Below, in pieces: positions 36,582-50,739 of a stretch of 64,000 nucleotides of DNA. Source of the DNA: Octopus vulgaris (lineage: Eukaryota); the NCBI GenBank assembly GCA_951406725.2, contig OX597816.1, forward strand, positions 166,222,001 to 166,286,000. Reading direction: 5' to 3'. How positions within the stretch are numbered: position 1 is the stretch's first letter; every line of letters begins with the position of its first letter. A program made the position numbers and the translations under genes. Under the pieces are notes generated by a model. That model made no database searches. It was not told where the DNA came from and saw only the letters and a list, made by a program, of their open reading frames with translations.

Positions 36582-37531
36582 ATAGGATCTTTTCCTTTTG
36601 ATGGACGGAATTCAACACAATTTCTAGTTAACTAAACAATTTGAAACTTCGTATACTGGTAGAATGTGTCAAAAGAAAACATTATTTTCACTTGGCTTTT
36701 TTGATAAATTTGTAATTTGTAAGTTTAACATAGTTTAATTCTTCGAATTTTAACCAATGAATTGCCAGCATTTGAGCTCAAATCATTTGCTGCGTCTAAA
36801 AACTCAGACAACATCATGTTACAACGTAAACAGCGCACACACACACGTGTTATTCATCCTTCTCTCTTCTGTCTGTCTCCGCACTTTCTGCGTTATCGAT
36901 ATTGATAAACAAACGAGGAGGCATGTGCTAGAAATAACAGCCATATCTCTTAAATCGATTAATTTCGTCGCCCAATAAAAATATTAACGATATTTTTTGA
37001 ATATTTTCTTTATTTTTTTTTACCGAAAAGGCTTCTCCCATGGTTTTGAAGGGCCAAAAACAACAAAAACAAACAATAATATGCCTAAATCGGTCTAGAG
37101 TGGGATATGAGGGTGCGCGTGGAGTGTGGGTCGTATTGTAAAAATTTGCGAAATATTTTTTCATAAAAGGATGCCCCAGCTTGTCGGAGGCTGTGATATA
37201 AATTGGGGAAAAAATCCTCGACACCAGTGCGTAATTGGTACTTAATTTATCGACCCCGAAACGATGAAACATTGACCCCCTATTACTGGTTTATTTACCT
37301 TTTATGTAAATTTGTTCCGGCAAGGGGCAAAACACAGAGGGGACAAAGCATGAGATACAAAAGTATTAAGTCGATTCTATCGACACCAGTGTGAACTCAC
37401 GAACGTGTATGTATGCTTGTGTGCGTATGTGTGTGTATGTATATCTCCGTTTGTATGTGTGTGTACGTTTGTATGTGTGTGTACGCTTATATATTAATTA
37501 CTATGTGCTTGTGCAAATGTATATGCATATG

Positions 37532-37581
<50 letters not shown>

Positions 37582-38091
37582 TGACAGAGAGTGTGTGTGT
37601 GCAAGTGTACGTGTGTATGTATCTGAATATATATGTGTGTGTGTGTGTGTGTGTGTATGCGGCGTGCGTATATGCGTATAAGCATGTATCTTTGTGTATG
37701 TATATGTATACTTGTCTGTGTGTGCATGTGTGCGTGTGTATGTATATTTACTTCTATATGCAGGCGCGCTTGTATATGCAAGTGTTTGTATGCGTGTGGG
37801 ATCTTTTCCTTTTGATATTTAAGAGATATGGCTGTTATTTCTAGCACATGCCTCCTCGTTTGTTTATCAATATCGATAACGCAGCAAATGATTTGAGCTC
37901 AAATGCTGGCAATTCATTGGTTAAAATTCGAAGAATTAAACTACGTTAAACTTACAAATTACAAATTTATCAAAAAAGCCAAGTGAAAATAATGTTTTCT
38001 TTTGACACATTCTACCAGTATACGAAGTTTCAAATTGTTTAGTTAACTAGAAATTGTGTTGAATTCCGTCCATCAAAAGGAAAAGATCCTA
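36582..38091. repeat. long inverted repeat (MITE/foldback arms 36582-36955 and 37817-38091)
   Basis: Ends TAGGATCTTTTCCTTTTGATGG / CCATCAAAAGGAAAAGATCCTA. The arms are near-identical apart from an indel of about 95 bp. Confidence 0.85.
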
Positions 38092-38103
38092 TTTATATTA
38101 TAT

Positions 38104-38305
38104 ATAGGGCAATACTATATATAAATGTTACACGCTAGGAGGGACTCTTAAAGTCAAAACTACCAGCGTGACACAGTGTTTTTAAGTGGCTAACTTCGAG
38201 AGTTGCATTCCCTCGCTTCCGGTACGATGTGTTTATTTATTTTGGTAGTTTTGACTTTAAGAGTCCCTCCTAGCATGTGGCATTTATGTATAGTAATGCC
38301 CTCTA
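38104..38305. mobile_element. small element with about 60-bp inverted termini
   Basis: GCTAGGAGGGACTCTTAAAGTCAAAACTACCA / TGGTAGTTTTGACTTTAAGAGTCCCTCCTAGC. Confidence 0.8.
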
Positions 38306-38759
38306 TATAATATGAATAAATATATTCAAGAGAAAAATTGGTGGATTTTTCTCTTATGAGGTTTTTCACGCTAACTACTTTGATAAATTCTTGTAAAGAT
38401 TTTATCTTATTTTTAAATTGTAAATTTAACCGGAGTATATTCACTAATGAATTTTTATTCCGAATAAACGCGTTATACCGAAATGCAATTCGTAAAAGCC
38501 CGCCATTTACATAGATGTATAAAGGGTAAACATATCTATATGCTACGTTGGATACATTGGTTGTTCGTCTGGTATCCTATTTTATCCTAACCATGTGCCT
38601 AGGGAGTGAACTTCTTAACAACGTAAACACATAGCCATACCTGCGTTTGTGTATGTGTGTGTACGCATCGATTGTGTGGTTATATGCAGTTTACTATAAA
38701 AAAGTGAAAGTAAATTGCGATAGAAACCGGAAGTGACGACTGTGGCATCCCAATATATA

Positions 38760-39090
38760 GAACGTACATGGCTCAGTGGTTAGAGCATTGGGCTCACAAT
38801 CATGAGGTAGTGAGTTCGATTCTTGGACCAGGCTGCGTTATGTTCTTGAGCAAGACACTTTATCTCACGTAGCTCCAGTTCACTCAGCTGTACAAATGAA
38901 TTGTGAAGACACTGGTGCCAAGCTGTAGCAGACTTTGCCTTTCCCTTGGATAACATCGGTGGTGTGGAGAGGAGAGGATGGTATACATGGGCGACTACCA
39001 GTCTTCCACAAACGACCTTGCCCGGACTTGTACCTTGGCGGGGAACTTCTCAGTGCTATCCCATAGTCATTCATGACCGAAGGGAGTTTT
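38760..39090 (+). mobile_element. CORE SINE (34664 type)
   Basis: Diverged copy of 34664-34998. Confidence 0.8.
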
Positions 39091-40154
39091 TACCTTTTAC
39101 ATATATTTAAAATAACACGAGAACCGTACGCTTATATTATTTTATATTACAGTGGAGAAAGCTACTTATTAATAAGGTAAATAACAGTTACTAAAAGAAA
39201 GCAATTATCAAAGGCTTGACCCTCTTGAAATTTTTTATAAATTCATGTTCCAAGAAATTTCCTGTAATTTCGATTTTTCAAGTTTATTGAATATTCGAAC
39301 ATCACGTTTTTCACAAACTTAAATATTCGTTGCATTCACTTCATTACAGGCGAAATTTTCCGTTCTCATTTGCAACAGTCTCTCACTCACGCCTCTATTT
39401 TCATTAATGATAATTTAATATATATTCATTTTAATGTTTTCATTTCAAGTTTTAATTCGCTATTTGCAATACCCACACATTATTCTATATATGTAATGTA
39501 AAACAAAATTATTGAATGAATGAATGCTATTAGACAAAATAGCCGTATGACTTTGAGGCTTATGTTTGATAAAATGAAATTTTTTTAATATACCGGTAAG
39601 ATTTCTTTTTTTTAAATTAAGAAGTGATTTTATTAGTATGATTGTTTGGAACGCTATAAGGTTTACAATAATAACTGTGTGATCGTTGCTATTTCTAGCA
39701 CGCTAAACGTATAAATTACTGAAAGAAATATTTACTAAGCATTGAAGTTTTTGGGAAAATTTACTTTCTGAACTTCCTTTTATTATCGAATATTTCAAGT
39801 TCACAAATATAAAAATTCGGTACAAGTTTTTAACGAGCTTTTATTTATACGATTTTTTCATTTCATGTTTATTTCATTCATCGTTTGCAATGTTCTCTCC
39901 GCCCCCATTCCTCCCCCCCTCTCTCTCTCTCTGACACACACACACACACACACAGAGGTTTCACTAACAGAAAACTGCCTGGAGGGCGGTCTTTCTATGA
40001 AATGAGATTCGTGAACAATCTTTCAAGATTTCTGAATTTGTTTCGCCGCACATTTATTAAAGAGGTCGATAAATAATTACTGCTCCTTTATTGTCTCCCT
40101 TTTAAAGAATTCGGATCTTTTATGTTTCATCTTTACTCTTTCATCCATTTTTTT

Positions 40155-40835
40155 TTCTTTGAGTCATTAGACTTCGGCCATACTGGAGCACCGCCTTGAA
40201 GAATTTTTGTTGAATGAATCGACCGCAGTACTCTTTTTCTCTTTTTGTTAAGACTCATGCTTATTCTATCGGTCACTTTTTCTGAACTGCTAAGTTACGG
40301 AGACGTATACACAACAACACCGTCAAGTGGTGATGGGACACACGTGGTTCCGGGTTCATTCCCCCCGCGTGACACCTTGGGCAAGTGACTTCTACAATAG
40401 CCTCGGGCTGACCAAAGCCTTGTGCGTGGATTTGATTGATGGAAACTGAAAGAAGCCTGTCGTATATGTGTTTGTGTGTGCTTGTCCCCCATCATCGCTT
40501 GACAACCAGTGTTGGTTTGTTTACGTCCCTTTAATTTAGAGATTCGGCAAAAAGTAACCGATAGAATAAGCACCAAGCTTGAACAAAAATACTAGGTCAA
40601 TTCATTCGTCTAAAAGGTCTTCATGGTAGTGCCCCAGCATGGCCTCAATCTAATGACTGAAACAGATTTTTAAAAAGAAGTATATAATTGACAGGCGTCT
40701 CTAAGTTTGCGCCTACCGAATACACTCTCAAGGCTTTGGTTATCGTAGAAGACACTTGCCCAAGGTTCCATACAGTGGGACTGAACCCGGAACCATGTAG
40801 TTGGGAAGCAAGCCTCAAGCCACATAGCTACACCT
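40155..40835. mobile_element. cluster of three partial CORE-SINEs in alternating orientation
   Basis: Minus about 40155-40340, plus about 40343-40665, minus about 40700-40835. Confidence 0.7.
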
Positions 40836-41199
40836 GTGTATGGACGCTGTCAGCGTTTTAGATCAACAGAATTAAGTGAATGGTTTACAACTTCACCAGG
40901 ATAGAAGTTTACGAAAGTTAAAATGAAGTTTTACCGTGGTAAAAGAGCGTGACACAATGAGAGAGATCTTTCTGCACATTTCATGAAATTTCGGTGTGAC
41001 ACTTTTGGTTTCTATCACAATTTACTTTCAATTTTTAGGACAATTTACTTTCACTTTATTACAACGGTAAACTGCATATTAACACGCGCGCACACACATA
41101 TATATCCATATATATTATATTGATACTAGGACAAAATCACCCGGCAGTCAATATCCGCTGAATATTGTCCTTTCTTTACAATAAAAATATTTTAGGAAA

Positions 41200-41367
41200 G
41201 TGCTGGAGCACCGCCTTTTCCGAACAAATCCACTCAGAGATTTATTCTTTGTAAGCCTAGTACCTATTCTATCGGTCTCTTTTGCCGAACCCCTAAGCTC
41301 CGGGGACGTAAATACGCCAACACCGGTTGTCTAGCGATAGTGGGGAGACAAACACAGATACACGCAA

Positions 41368-41463
<96 letters not shown>

Positions 41464-41625
41464 GACGGGCTTCTTTCAGTTTCCGTCTACTAAATCCACT
41501 CACAAGGCTTTGGTTGGCCTGAGGCTATAGTAGAAGACACTTGCCTAAGGTGCCATGCAGTGGGACTGAAACCAGAATCATTTGGTTGGGAAGCAAGCTT
41601 TTTACCACACACCCACACCTGCGCC
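41200..41625 (-). mobile_element. CORE-type SINE
   Basis: Reverse complement of the 3266-3653 family. Confidence 0.85.
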
Positions 41626-41704
41626 TATTAGTCGATGCTTTTGTGTAAAATTTGCCCTTGGGGGATTTTGTCCTCGGGGGGATTTTGTCCTGATACTATT
41701 ATAT

Positions 41705-42142
41705 TGACCTCAAATTTTGTCACACAGCCAGAAGGGAAGGAGAAAAGTCTCGGTTTCATCGACCCCAATGCTCAACTGGTACTTTTTTATCGACTACCAA
41801 AAGGCTGAACGGTAAAGTCGACCTCGGCAAAATTAGACCTCAGAACGTTAGGGCGGACGAAATGCTGCTAAGCATTTTGCCCGGCGTGCTAACGTTTCTG
41901 CCAGCTCGCCGCCTTAAAAATAATAATTTTGGTTTCAAATTTTGGCAGAAGGCCAGCAATTTTGGAAGACGGCTTCAGTTGATTACATTCACTCCAGTGT
42001 TCAACTGGTACTTATTTTATCGATCCCCGGAAGGATGAAAGGTAAAGTCGACCTCGGCGGAATTTGACCTTAGAACGTAAAAACGGAGGAAATACCGCAA
42101 CACATTTTGCCCGGCGTGCTAACGATTCTGCCATTTGCCGCT
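41705..42142 (-). mobile_element. two diverged Meta-domain SINEs
   Basis: The Meta motif and head each occur twice. Confidence 0.75.
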
Positions 42143-42165
42143 TTATCTATATAATATTAAGAGAT

Positions 42166-42227
<62 letters not shown>

Positions 42228-42463
42228 ATGTGTGTGAAAAGCTGTTTTGCGTTACGAAAAGGCTGGATTTGAACTACGCAAAACACCCAGAACAGATACC
42301 AGACGGCGTCTCGTACGACATCCTGGACTGAAAGGTTATATAGTGTCCGTTTGAATAATGATAAATAAACAGTTATATAGACAACGGTGAGATTTGAACT
42401 GAGAGCGTAGATAACCGGTACAAAAACCAGAAACGGTATTTTATCCAAAGTTCTAATGTTTCT

Positions 42464-42880
42464 TATTTCTTTATTGCCCACTAGGGGCTACACACAGAGG
42501 GGACAAACAAGGACAGACAAACGGATTAAGTCGATTACATCGACCTCAGTGCGTAACTGGTACTTAATTTATCGACCCCGAAAGGATGAAAGGTAAAGTC
42601 GACCTTGGCGGAATTTGAACTCAGAACGTAGCGGCAGATGAAATACCTATTTCTTTATTACCCACAACGGGCTAAACACAGAGGGGACAAACAAGGACAG
42701 ACACACGGATTAAGTCGATTACATCGACCCCAGTGCATAACTGGTACTTATTTAATCGACCCCGAAAAGATGAAAGGCAAAGTCGACCTCGGCGGAATTT
42801 GAACTCAGAACGTAACGGCAGACGAAATACCGGTAAGCATTTCGCCCGGCGCGCTAACGTTTGTGCCAGCTCACCGCCGT
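42464..42880 (-). mobile_element. dimeric Meta-SINE with 17-bp TSD
   Basis: AAAGTTCTAA[T/C]GTTTCT at 42447-42463 and 42881-42897. Confidence 0.85.
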
Positions 42881-43248
42881 AAAGTTCTAACGTTTCTGCC
42901 AGCCTCACAGTCTCGTATTTTGCGTTTGTGTGCGTGCGTTTCAGAGAGACAGACAGAGACACAGAGAGAGAGAGTTGCAGATAAATGTATAAATTTTCAT
43001 CATCTTTCGAACTTTGCACATATAATATGGTGTACAACAGCTGCACTCACTGAAATCGTCGACAACTTGCAAAGATCGTTAACAATCGATATACATATGT
43101 GTATGTTTGTATGTTATATATATATTATAAATATGTTACGTATAATACAGTGGTAAAATACGATTTATTTGGTTTCCTTCGGTATTGGTCTGAAATAGTT
43201 TCGGTTTGAGGAGACGACGTTATTCACCTTCTTTTTCAGCGCCCAGCC

Positions 43249-43555
43249 CAGCGGTTCCCAATGCCATATTTTCTGTTAATCCAAACATGAAAACACAAAG
43301 AGAAAACACAACAACGCGAGGACGTGGAACAAGTATAGTGTTATTGGACGCTCAGGAAAGGAAAGAAAGAAGGATTTAATGTTTCGAGCGGAGCTCTTCG
43401 TCAGAAACATAGAAAAAGGAAAGATCCAAGGAAGGAGGAAAAAAGATCGCCAACGATACACACGCGGTCACACATATATATGTATATATGTATGTATGTG
43501 TGTATGTATGTATGTATGTATGTATGTATGTATGTATGTATGTATGTATGTATGT

Positions 43556-43612
<57 letters not shown>

Positions 43613-43700
43613 ATATGAAATTTTGAGTTTGGTTCACAGAACTCCAGTACTACATTTGCGGGCCACCAGGAGTCCGCAGATCACAGGTTGGGAGCCACTG
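43249..43700. mobile_element. hAT (Charlie-like) MITE containing a Penelope-type module and microsatellites
   Basis: TIRs CAGCGGTTCCCAA / TTGGGAGCCACTG; 8-bp flanks GCCCAGCC / GCTTAGCC match 6 of 8. Confidence 0.6.
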
Positions 43701-43854
43701 GCTTAGCCTCTTTATGTATATTATGGGGGAAGGTTGTATGGGGGAATGACGTTGTCTACCAATACCGAAAGAAATCCATTTATTTTATTTTAAACTCAAC
43801 GTTTTCACATCAGAAAATAGGTTAAAAAGGAAAGACGAAATCACCTTAGCGCGG

Positions 43855-43889
<35 letters not shown>

Positions 43890-44372
43890 ACACAGCGCAT
43901 ACATGTCCCTATATATACAGCATATATTCTACACATATGCATACAATGACAATTAGTGCCGTTCCTTTTGTTTTCAGTCGATGCAGTTTCTCACTTTGTC
44001 CGCCATATTATATGTGCAAATTTCGAAAGACCGCCGAAGTTTTTTAGTATTTGTTCAAAATTATGAAAACTGTCGTAAGAAATCGACTGAGAAAGAAATT
44101 AATATTAGTAGGAGAGTTAACACCCCACCCCCACATACACACACGAACATGTATGTATGTATGTATGTATGTATGTATGTATGTATGTATGTATGTATGT
44201 ACGTACGTATGTATGTATGTATGTATGTATGTATGTATGTATTCCTTTACAATAGAGTCGGAAATTATCGAGTGCACCAAAGGCAGTAATTTATTAGGAT
44301 GTATATACTGTGAGCATTTTGTCGAATACGATTTTGCAACAGAGAAAAAAAATGGTGTGGGGGGGAGGAGCT

Positions 44373-44424
<52 letters not shown>

Positions 44425-45136
44425 GCATTGCCTCACCTTTCCGTACCTTTTCAGGCAAAAAGTAGTTTATTGGCCCAAGCCCCCATTTTTTTGTCACTAG
44501 TAACTTTCTGAAATATGAGAAATATCGAATTTCTAAATGTCTCAAAATTTTGACAGAGATACATTTTCGAATGTGTAGATTATTACTATGTTGATAAAAA
44601 ATTTTGAAAACACTTTCATTTTTGTATTGAAGTTTCGGATATATCTTCCCCACCACTTCGACTTTATTACAGCTCATTTTCGTAACTTTTGAGCATTATA
44701 AACTTATCTTTTTAGATATATATGTTTTAAACCTCAATATTATCTATTTTACACTATTGAAAACGAATTTATGCAAAATTACATTTAAAATGATAAATGC
44801 ACTTTTCAGAAAGTTATGAGGAAATGAAAGTAGTTGGTGGACTAAACTATTTGTTTTAAATATCTAAAATGAAAAAAAATTCGTAAAAGAGTTCAAAATG
44901 AAAAATTACGGAAAAAGTGTGAAGAGCAGTATTTTTTTCTGTTTTTTTTTTTTTTTTTTTTTTAAACAGAATCGTAATTATCAATGCTTAAAATCACAAC
45001 TACAGAAAGAAATTACTGTCTTTTGGCATGCTGAAAATTTCCGACTCTATTGTATAGGAACGCCTAATTATATTATAAATTTTCAAAAGATATAAGGACT
45101 TTTTATCTCTAATTCAATTACACACATACACACAAC

Positions 45137-45277
<141 letters not shown>

Positions 45278-45892
45278 TGTACATAGACACACACACATGT
45301 ATATAATGTATTTAATTTCGAATTAAAAGCAGGTCTAATGATGTCAACATTGATGTGCTTTGCTTATAGGCCAATCAATATATCACATACATATGATATA
45401 TAAATATGGTATACGCTCAAAAGTATGAACATACTTAAATCGCCGATTCCGCCCGGTCTCCTCCATTCTCTGCAATAAATTTGGCCTTGAGCCAACATAA
45501 TACAAATTATTAATATTATATATTAGCACTGCCACGTCACCGAAGATTGGGTTCTTGGATTCGCTTGTGCCACATTCCTTGAAATAAATTGTTTAATTAC
45601 CTTCCAGTCTCTTCGATTAGTTTAGATCTTGTAGAATAAAATTAAAGTTGATCGGTTGGTGAGTTGGTTGAGAGGTTGGTTTAGTCGGTTGTATAATTAA
45701 TTATAATTTTTGTTGTAGTCATTTAAATATCATTGTTTGGTTTTTGTTATTAATGAGTAAATATTTGTCTTAGTAAACCATTCGTTTCTTTTTGTCTTTT
45801 GTTCTGACTTAGTCAAAAGAAGATTGCGCCTGTGGCTTCTGAGGGAGGGATGGAGCAGAGGACAATATGTGTGTGTATGGGCGTGTATATAC

Positions 45893-45956
<64 letters not shown>

Positions 45957-46307
45957 TTAAAGCGAGTTAAGGTGGTGTATTAATAGTCAAAAAAAAAAAA
46001 AAAAACGCACGTTTTACGGGTGCGAAGAAAATAAACCGGTCTGTTTATAAATCTTACAGGTCTTAGTAACTGCAGAGAATAGAGTTAAGCCTCCGTTGGC
46101 CCGAAGTGGTTTCTATAAATGTTCCTCTTGCACAACTGTACACATTACCACGACCATATTAACGATGATGAATACGAGAATAATAGTTTTTAAGTTACAC
46201 AAAGGTATGGAAGACCAGACAGAAAATAATACCTGCTTCTGTCTTTCCGATTCAAACTTCTTACTCCTCCTTCTTTCTTTCTTTTTTTCTTTCTTTCTGC
46301 CTCTCTA

Positions 46308-46350
<43 letters not shown>

Positions 46351-46794
46351 TACTTTCGCTATATCGCTTTTTCTCTCTATTCTTATGTAATTTCTACCCC
46401 CTCTTTCTGTCTCCTTTTCTCTCTCTCTCTCTCTCTCTCACACTTTCACTATTTCTCTTCCTCTCTCTATTCTTATGTAATTTCTACCCCCCTCTTTCTG
46501 TCTCCTTTTTTCTCTCTATCTCTCTCTTTCATTCACTTCCACTTTCTCTGTGTGAGTGTCTGTCTGTTTGTCTATCTATCTGCCGTCAGTCTGAGCTCTG
46601 TCTGTCTCACTCCTCTCTCACACACTTTTACCCACTCTTTCTTTCCCTCGGACCCTCCCTCATGTTTCCCTTTCTCTCTCTTCCCATTCTTCTTTTGTAC
46701 TTTATGTTTATCAATAAATGCAGCAGGATGATGGTTGAACACGTGATGCAACACTAGTGGGAAGAAGTGGGTTGGAGACTGCTGCAGCGGTAGT

Positions 46795-46802
46795 CAAGTT
46801 AA

Positions 46803-46869
<67 letters not shown>

Positions 46870-46977
46870 GGTGGTGGTGGTGGTATTTAATAGCGGTATT
46901 TAATATTAGTACAAGTAGTTTCGGAAGTGGTGCTGATGGTATTCTGTAGTAGTAATAGTAGTAGTAGTAGCAGCAGC

Positions 46978-47017
<40 letters not shown>

Positions 47018-47123
47018 ATCATGGTGGTGGTGGTAGTGGTAATAGCGGTATCAAATATTAGTACTAGTAGTGGCGGCAGTGGTGCTGATGGTGCTGTTCT
47101 TTTGTAGTAATAGTAGTAGTAAT

Positions 47124-47203
<80 letters not shown>

Positions 47204-47204
47204 C

Positions 47205-47269
<65 letters not shown>

Positions 47270-47308
47270 CAGGGTAGTAATAGTAGTAGTAGTAGTAGTA
47301 GTAGTAGA

Positions 47309-47340
<32 letters not shown>

Positions 47341-47395
47341 TATTGGCAGCAGCAGCTGTTGTAGTAGTAGTTGTTATTGCTGCTGTTGCTGTTAT
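46795..47395. repeat. compound (AGT)n/(GGT)n/(AGC)n microsatellite with internal duplication
   Basis: The block AATAGCGGTAT...AGTGGTGCTGATGGT occurs twice. Confidence 0.85.
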
Positions 47396-48099
47396 TTAGC
47401 CCCAGGGTAGCCATGATCGATCCGAGCCAACCTACAGTTCCAGCCATGACCAACGATCCGATTTTTATATTTTCTTGAGGCATAATGCTCTCAGGCGGCA
47501 TCATCTAATATGACCTTCCCTTTCTCTAAGATAGCATAGGTTTGACTGCTATTTTTTGAAGTTCAAACGACCACGTGGGAGTAGATAGGAAGAAGTTCTG
47601 AGAGCAGGTAGAAGGCAAGATCGATAAGCCTAGGGGTCAAATACTTAACAGTATCTGATTCTGTACCCCCAATAGAGGTACTTTTTGGTTATCTCAACCC
47701 CATTAAAAAATTGGGTTATCTCCCCCCGTTTTATGAGAAATATCGGTACTTTTGGTTATCTCCCTTAATTAACCCTCAATAAAAACCCCACAAAAAATTG
47801 AATTAATAAGCATGAAAAGTGAAAATACGAAACGTATTGAATCTGATAATATTTTTATAACAAATCATACAAAACTGAACAGATTAATAAACATAAAAGC
47901 TGGGAAAAAAAAATTAAATATCTTATTGAATCTCTTTTACTTGTTGCATGCATTTGACTGTGGCCATGCTGGAGCACCGCCTTTAGTCGAGCAAATCGAC
48001 CCCCAGGACTTATTCTTTGTAAGTGTGTTTCTCTGTCCTAGGTGTCAGAATGGCACTCGGCAAGAAATGGAAACAAAATTGAAAGAAAATGGTAATGAA

Positions 48100-48219
<120 letters not shown>

Positions 48220-48234
48220 AAGAAGAAGAAGAAG

Positions 48235-48570
48235 ATACTAGGAAACCCCAAAATGGTAGAAATTCAAAAGATAGTGCTCATGGGAACTGCTCATATCCTA
48301 CGCAAAATACTTTCTATGTAATCTCAAGGTTTAAAACAAACATAATTTTCGGTTTAAAAAAAACAAAAAACAACAACTTTTTTTAGACATTCATTAGTAC
48401 AACACCCCCACCCCCCAAATATATGGTACACTAGGCATAACAACAACATGAACTTCCAACCCTGTTGTCTCTTGAGGTCCCTGGGTGAGACTTGGAGCCA
48501 ACTTGTACAAATATAAAGCAAAAGTCAAACATAGAATAATAATAATAATAATAATGATAATAATAATACT
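48235..48570 (+). mobile_element. Dong/R4 3' end with (AAT)n tail
   Basis: IQKIVLMGTAHILRKILSM*, then a 3' UTR and AAT repeats; an (AAT)n/(AAG)n tract precedes it. Confidence 0.8.
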
Positions 48571-48624
48571 AGTAATATCAACAACAATAATAATTGATTG
48601 GATGGAATAAAATTGATTGAAATT

Positions 48625-49717
48625 AACTGGATGGAATAAAATCCAAGCAGTTAATACGTGAGCGATAGCATCACTTCGGTATGGAGCGGGAATTATAAAA
48701 TGGCAAAAAAGAGATGTGAAGAAAATAGATATCAGACTAGAAAAATGTTGACAATACACAGAAATTTCTACCCTAAGGGTGACACCGATAGGCTGTACTT
48801 GTCCAGAATAAAGGGTGGGAAAAGTTTGATCAGTTGCCAGGACTGTATCGAAGCAGAGGAAAACAGCCTAGGGTGGTATACAAAAATGCCGTGGAGCCAT
48901 TGTTGAAACACACGAAGAAGGCCGGCGACATCAAAACTGAAAATTGTGTAACTAAAGAAATATTTAAACAAGAAATGAACAAAAAGAAAAAAAAATGAAA
49001 AAGCATGGAGGGAAAAGAAAATGTACGGTCAGTTTGCAAGACAATTGAACGCCAAGGCAAATGCAGAGGACCGGTGGGTATGGATGAGGAAGAGTGACCT
49101 GAAGATAAAGACGGAAGCACTCATATGCGCAGCTCAAGAACAAGCGTTAAGGATCAATTATATGAAGTGCAGATAGCGACAAATGCAGAATGTGTAACAA
49201 GCGGTGTGAAACGGTATGGCACATCGTTAGCGAATACCCGAAATTGGCACAACGCGAAAACAAAATACGCCATGACAATGTGGTAAGAATGATCCATTGC
49301 GAGCTCTGTGAAGATCGCGGCCTACAAAGAGCAAAGACGTGGTGTGAGAAAACTTCAGGAGTCACCGAAAATGAGATTTGTAAAATCTTGTGGGATGCAA
49401 TGACCCAGTGAGGTCACCCGACCAGACATCGGAAACCGGACATTGTTGTGGTGAATAAAAAAAGAAAGGACATGTATGATAATCGACATAGCATGCTTCG
49501 GTGACAACAGGGTCAATGTAAAAGAAGAAGGAAAAAAATAAACAACTATGACGATTTAAAGTGGGAAATACGAAGGTTGTGGTCAATGAAGAGAGTAGAC
49601 GTGATACCAATAGTAATTGGTGCACTTGGAAGTATCAGCACTCAACTACCAACATGGCTGAAAAAAATTGGTGCAAGGGTGAAGGTAGGACACATACAAA
49701 AATCAGTATTGCTTGGT
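48625..49717 (+). mobile_element. Dong/R4 fragment: RT C-terminus, CCHC knuckle and RLE
   Basis: DRLYLSRIKGG, TEALICAAQEQAL, CRMC...ETVWHIVS, RHDNV, KPDIVV, IIDIAC and IPIVIGALG, with frameshifts. Confidence 0.9.
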
Positions 49718-50270
49718 TAATACACAAGAGAATTGCGTTGCAATTAGACAATTGCCTATAGAGCGGCACAGTTCCAGAGTGGATGGTAAAAGGAAGAACA
49801 ACATTGTTAATGAAAGATCGGTCAAAGGACAATGAAGTTGGCAATTACCGACCTATTGCCTATCTCAACCTCCAATGGAAAGTATTAATAAGTATCCTCA
49901 CGCTGAATATATATACGTTCCTTAAGGAAAGCAATCTACTGCCAGTAGAACAAAAGGGATGTCGAAAAGGATCCAAGGGCACCAAGGACCAACTTGTGAT
50001 AGACAAGGTTATAATGAAGAACTTTAAACGGTACCCAAAATAAAAATAAACTTATGCATGGCCTGGATAGACTTCAAAAAGGCTTGCGACATGTTGCTGC
50101 ATTCGTGGATTTTGGAGACACTCGACATGTGGAACAGCTGTGAACGTGTGTGCACTGATTAAGAACTGTGTGCCTAGTTGGAAAACACGTCTTTCCTGTA
50201 ACAACCAACACTTAGCCGTGGTAACAATCAAAAGAGGTATCTTCCAAGGAGACTTTTGTTCACCTCTGTT
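49718..50270 (+). mobile_element. Dong/R4 RT N-terminal fragment
   Basis: GRTTLLMKD, NYRPI, EQKGCRKGSKGTKDQLVID, AWIDFKKA and IKRGIFQGD. Confidence 0.9.
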
Positions 50271-50284
50271 TTGATTTCAAGAGA

Positions 50285-50520
50285 AGTTTAAGGCGCACAC
50301 TTCGAGGCACCGAATTCCATCCCTTTATCCTTGCTGCACGTTTGCACAGTCTCATCCAGCCTCTCCATTTCAGGCTCTGTTTTTTGCGAACAGTTTAAAA
50401 ACATCCATGAAGAGAAGGTAGTTGAGTTGTGACAAGATCCATTCTTTCTCAGCTCAAAGTGCTGCGCGTTGACTTTGCGTAGGACTACAGTAAGTGGGAT
50501 CAAGGCTATAACAAATAACA
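50285..50520 (-). mobile_element. Dong/R4 RT central fragment (inverted)
   Basis: LLFVIALIPLT...GMEFGASKCA. Confidence 0.85.
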
Positions 50521-50529
50521 GTAGTTGTT

Positions 50530-50569
<40 letters not shown>

Positions 50570-50638
50570 CAGCAACGGCAGCAGCAGTGGTGGTGGCCGC
50601 AGTAGTGGTGGTGGTGGTGGCGGTGGCAGTAGTACTAC

Positions 50639-50687
<49 letters not shown>

Positions 50688-50739
50688 TATTCCGCTACTG
50701 CACAGCACTTGTTGCTGTTGATGTAATTCCGGATACCAG

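Noticed and set aside
38675-41085. Inverted similarity between 38675-38737 and 41000-41085 as TIRs of a 2.4-kb transposon
   Set aside because: Diverged, with no TSD and no transposase between them; could be two independent copies.
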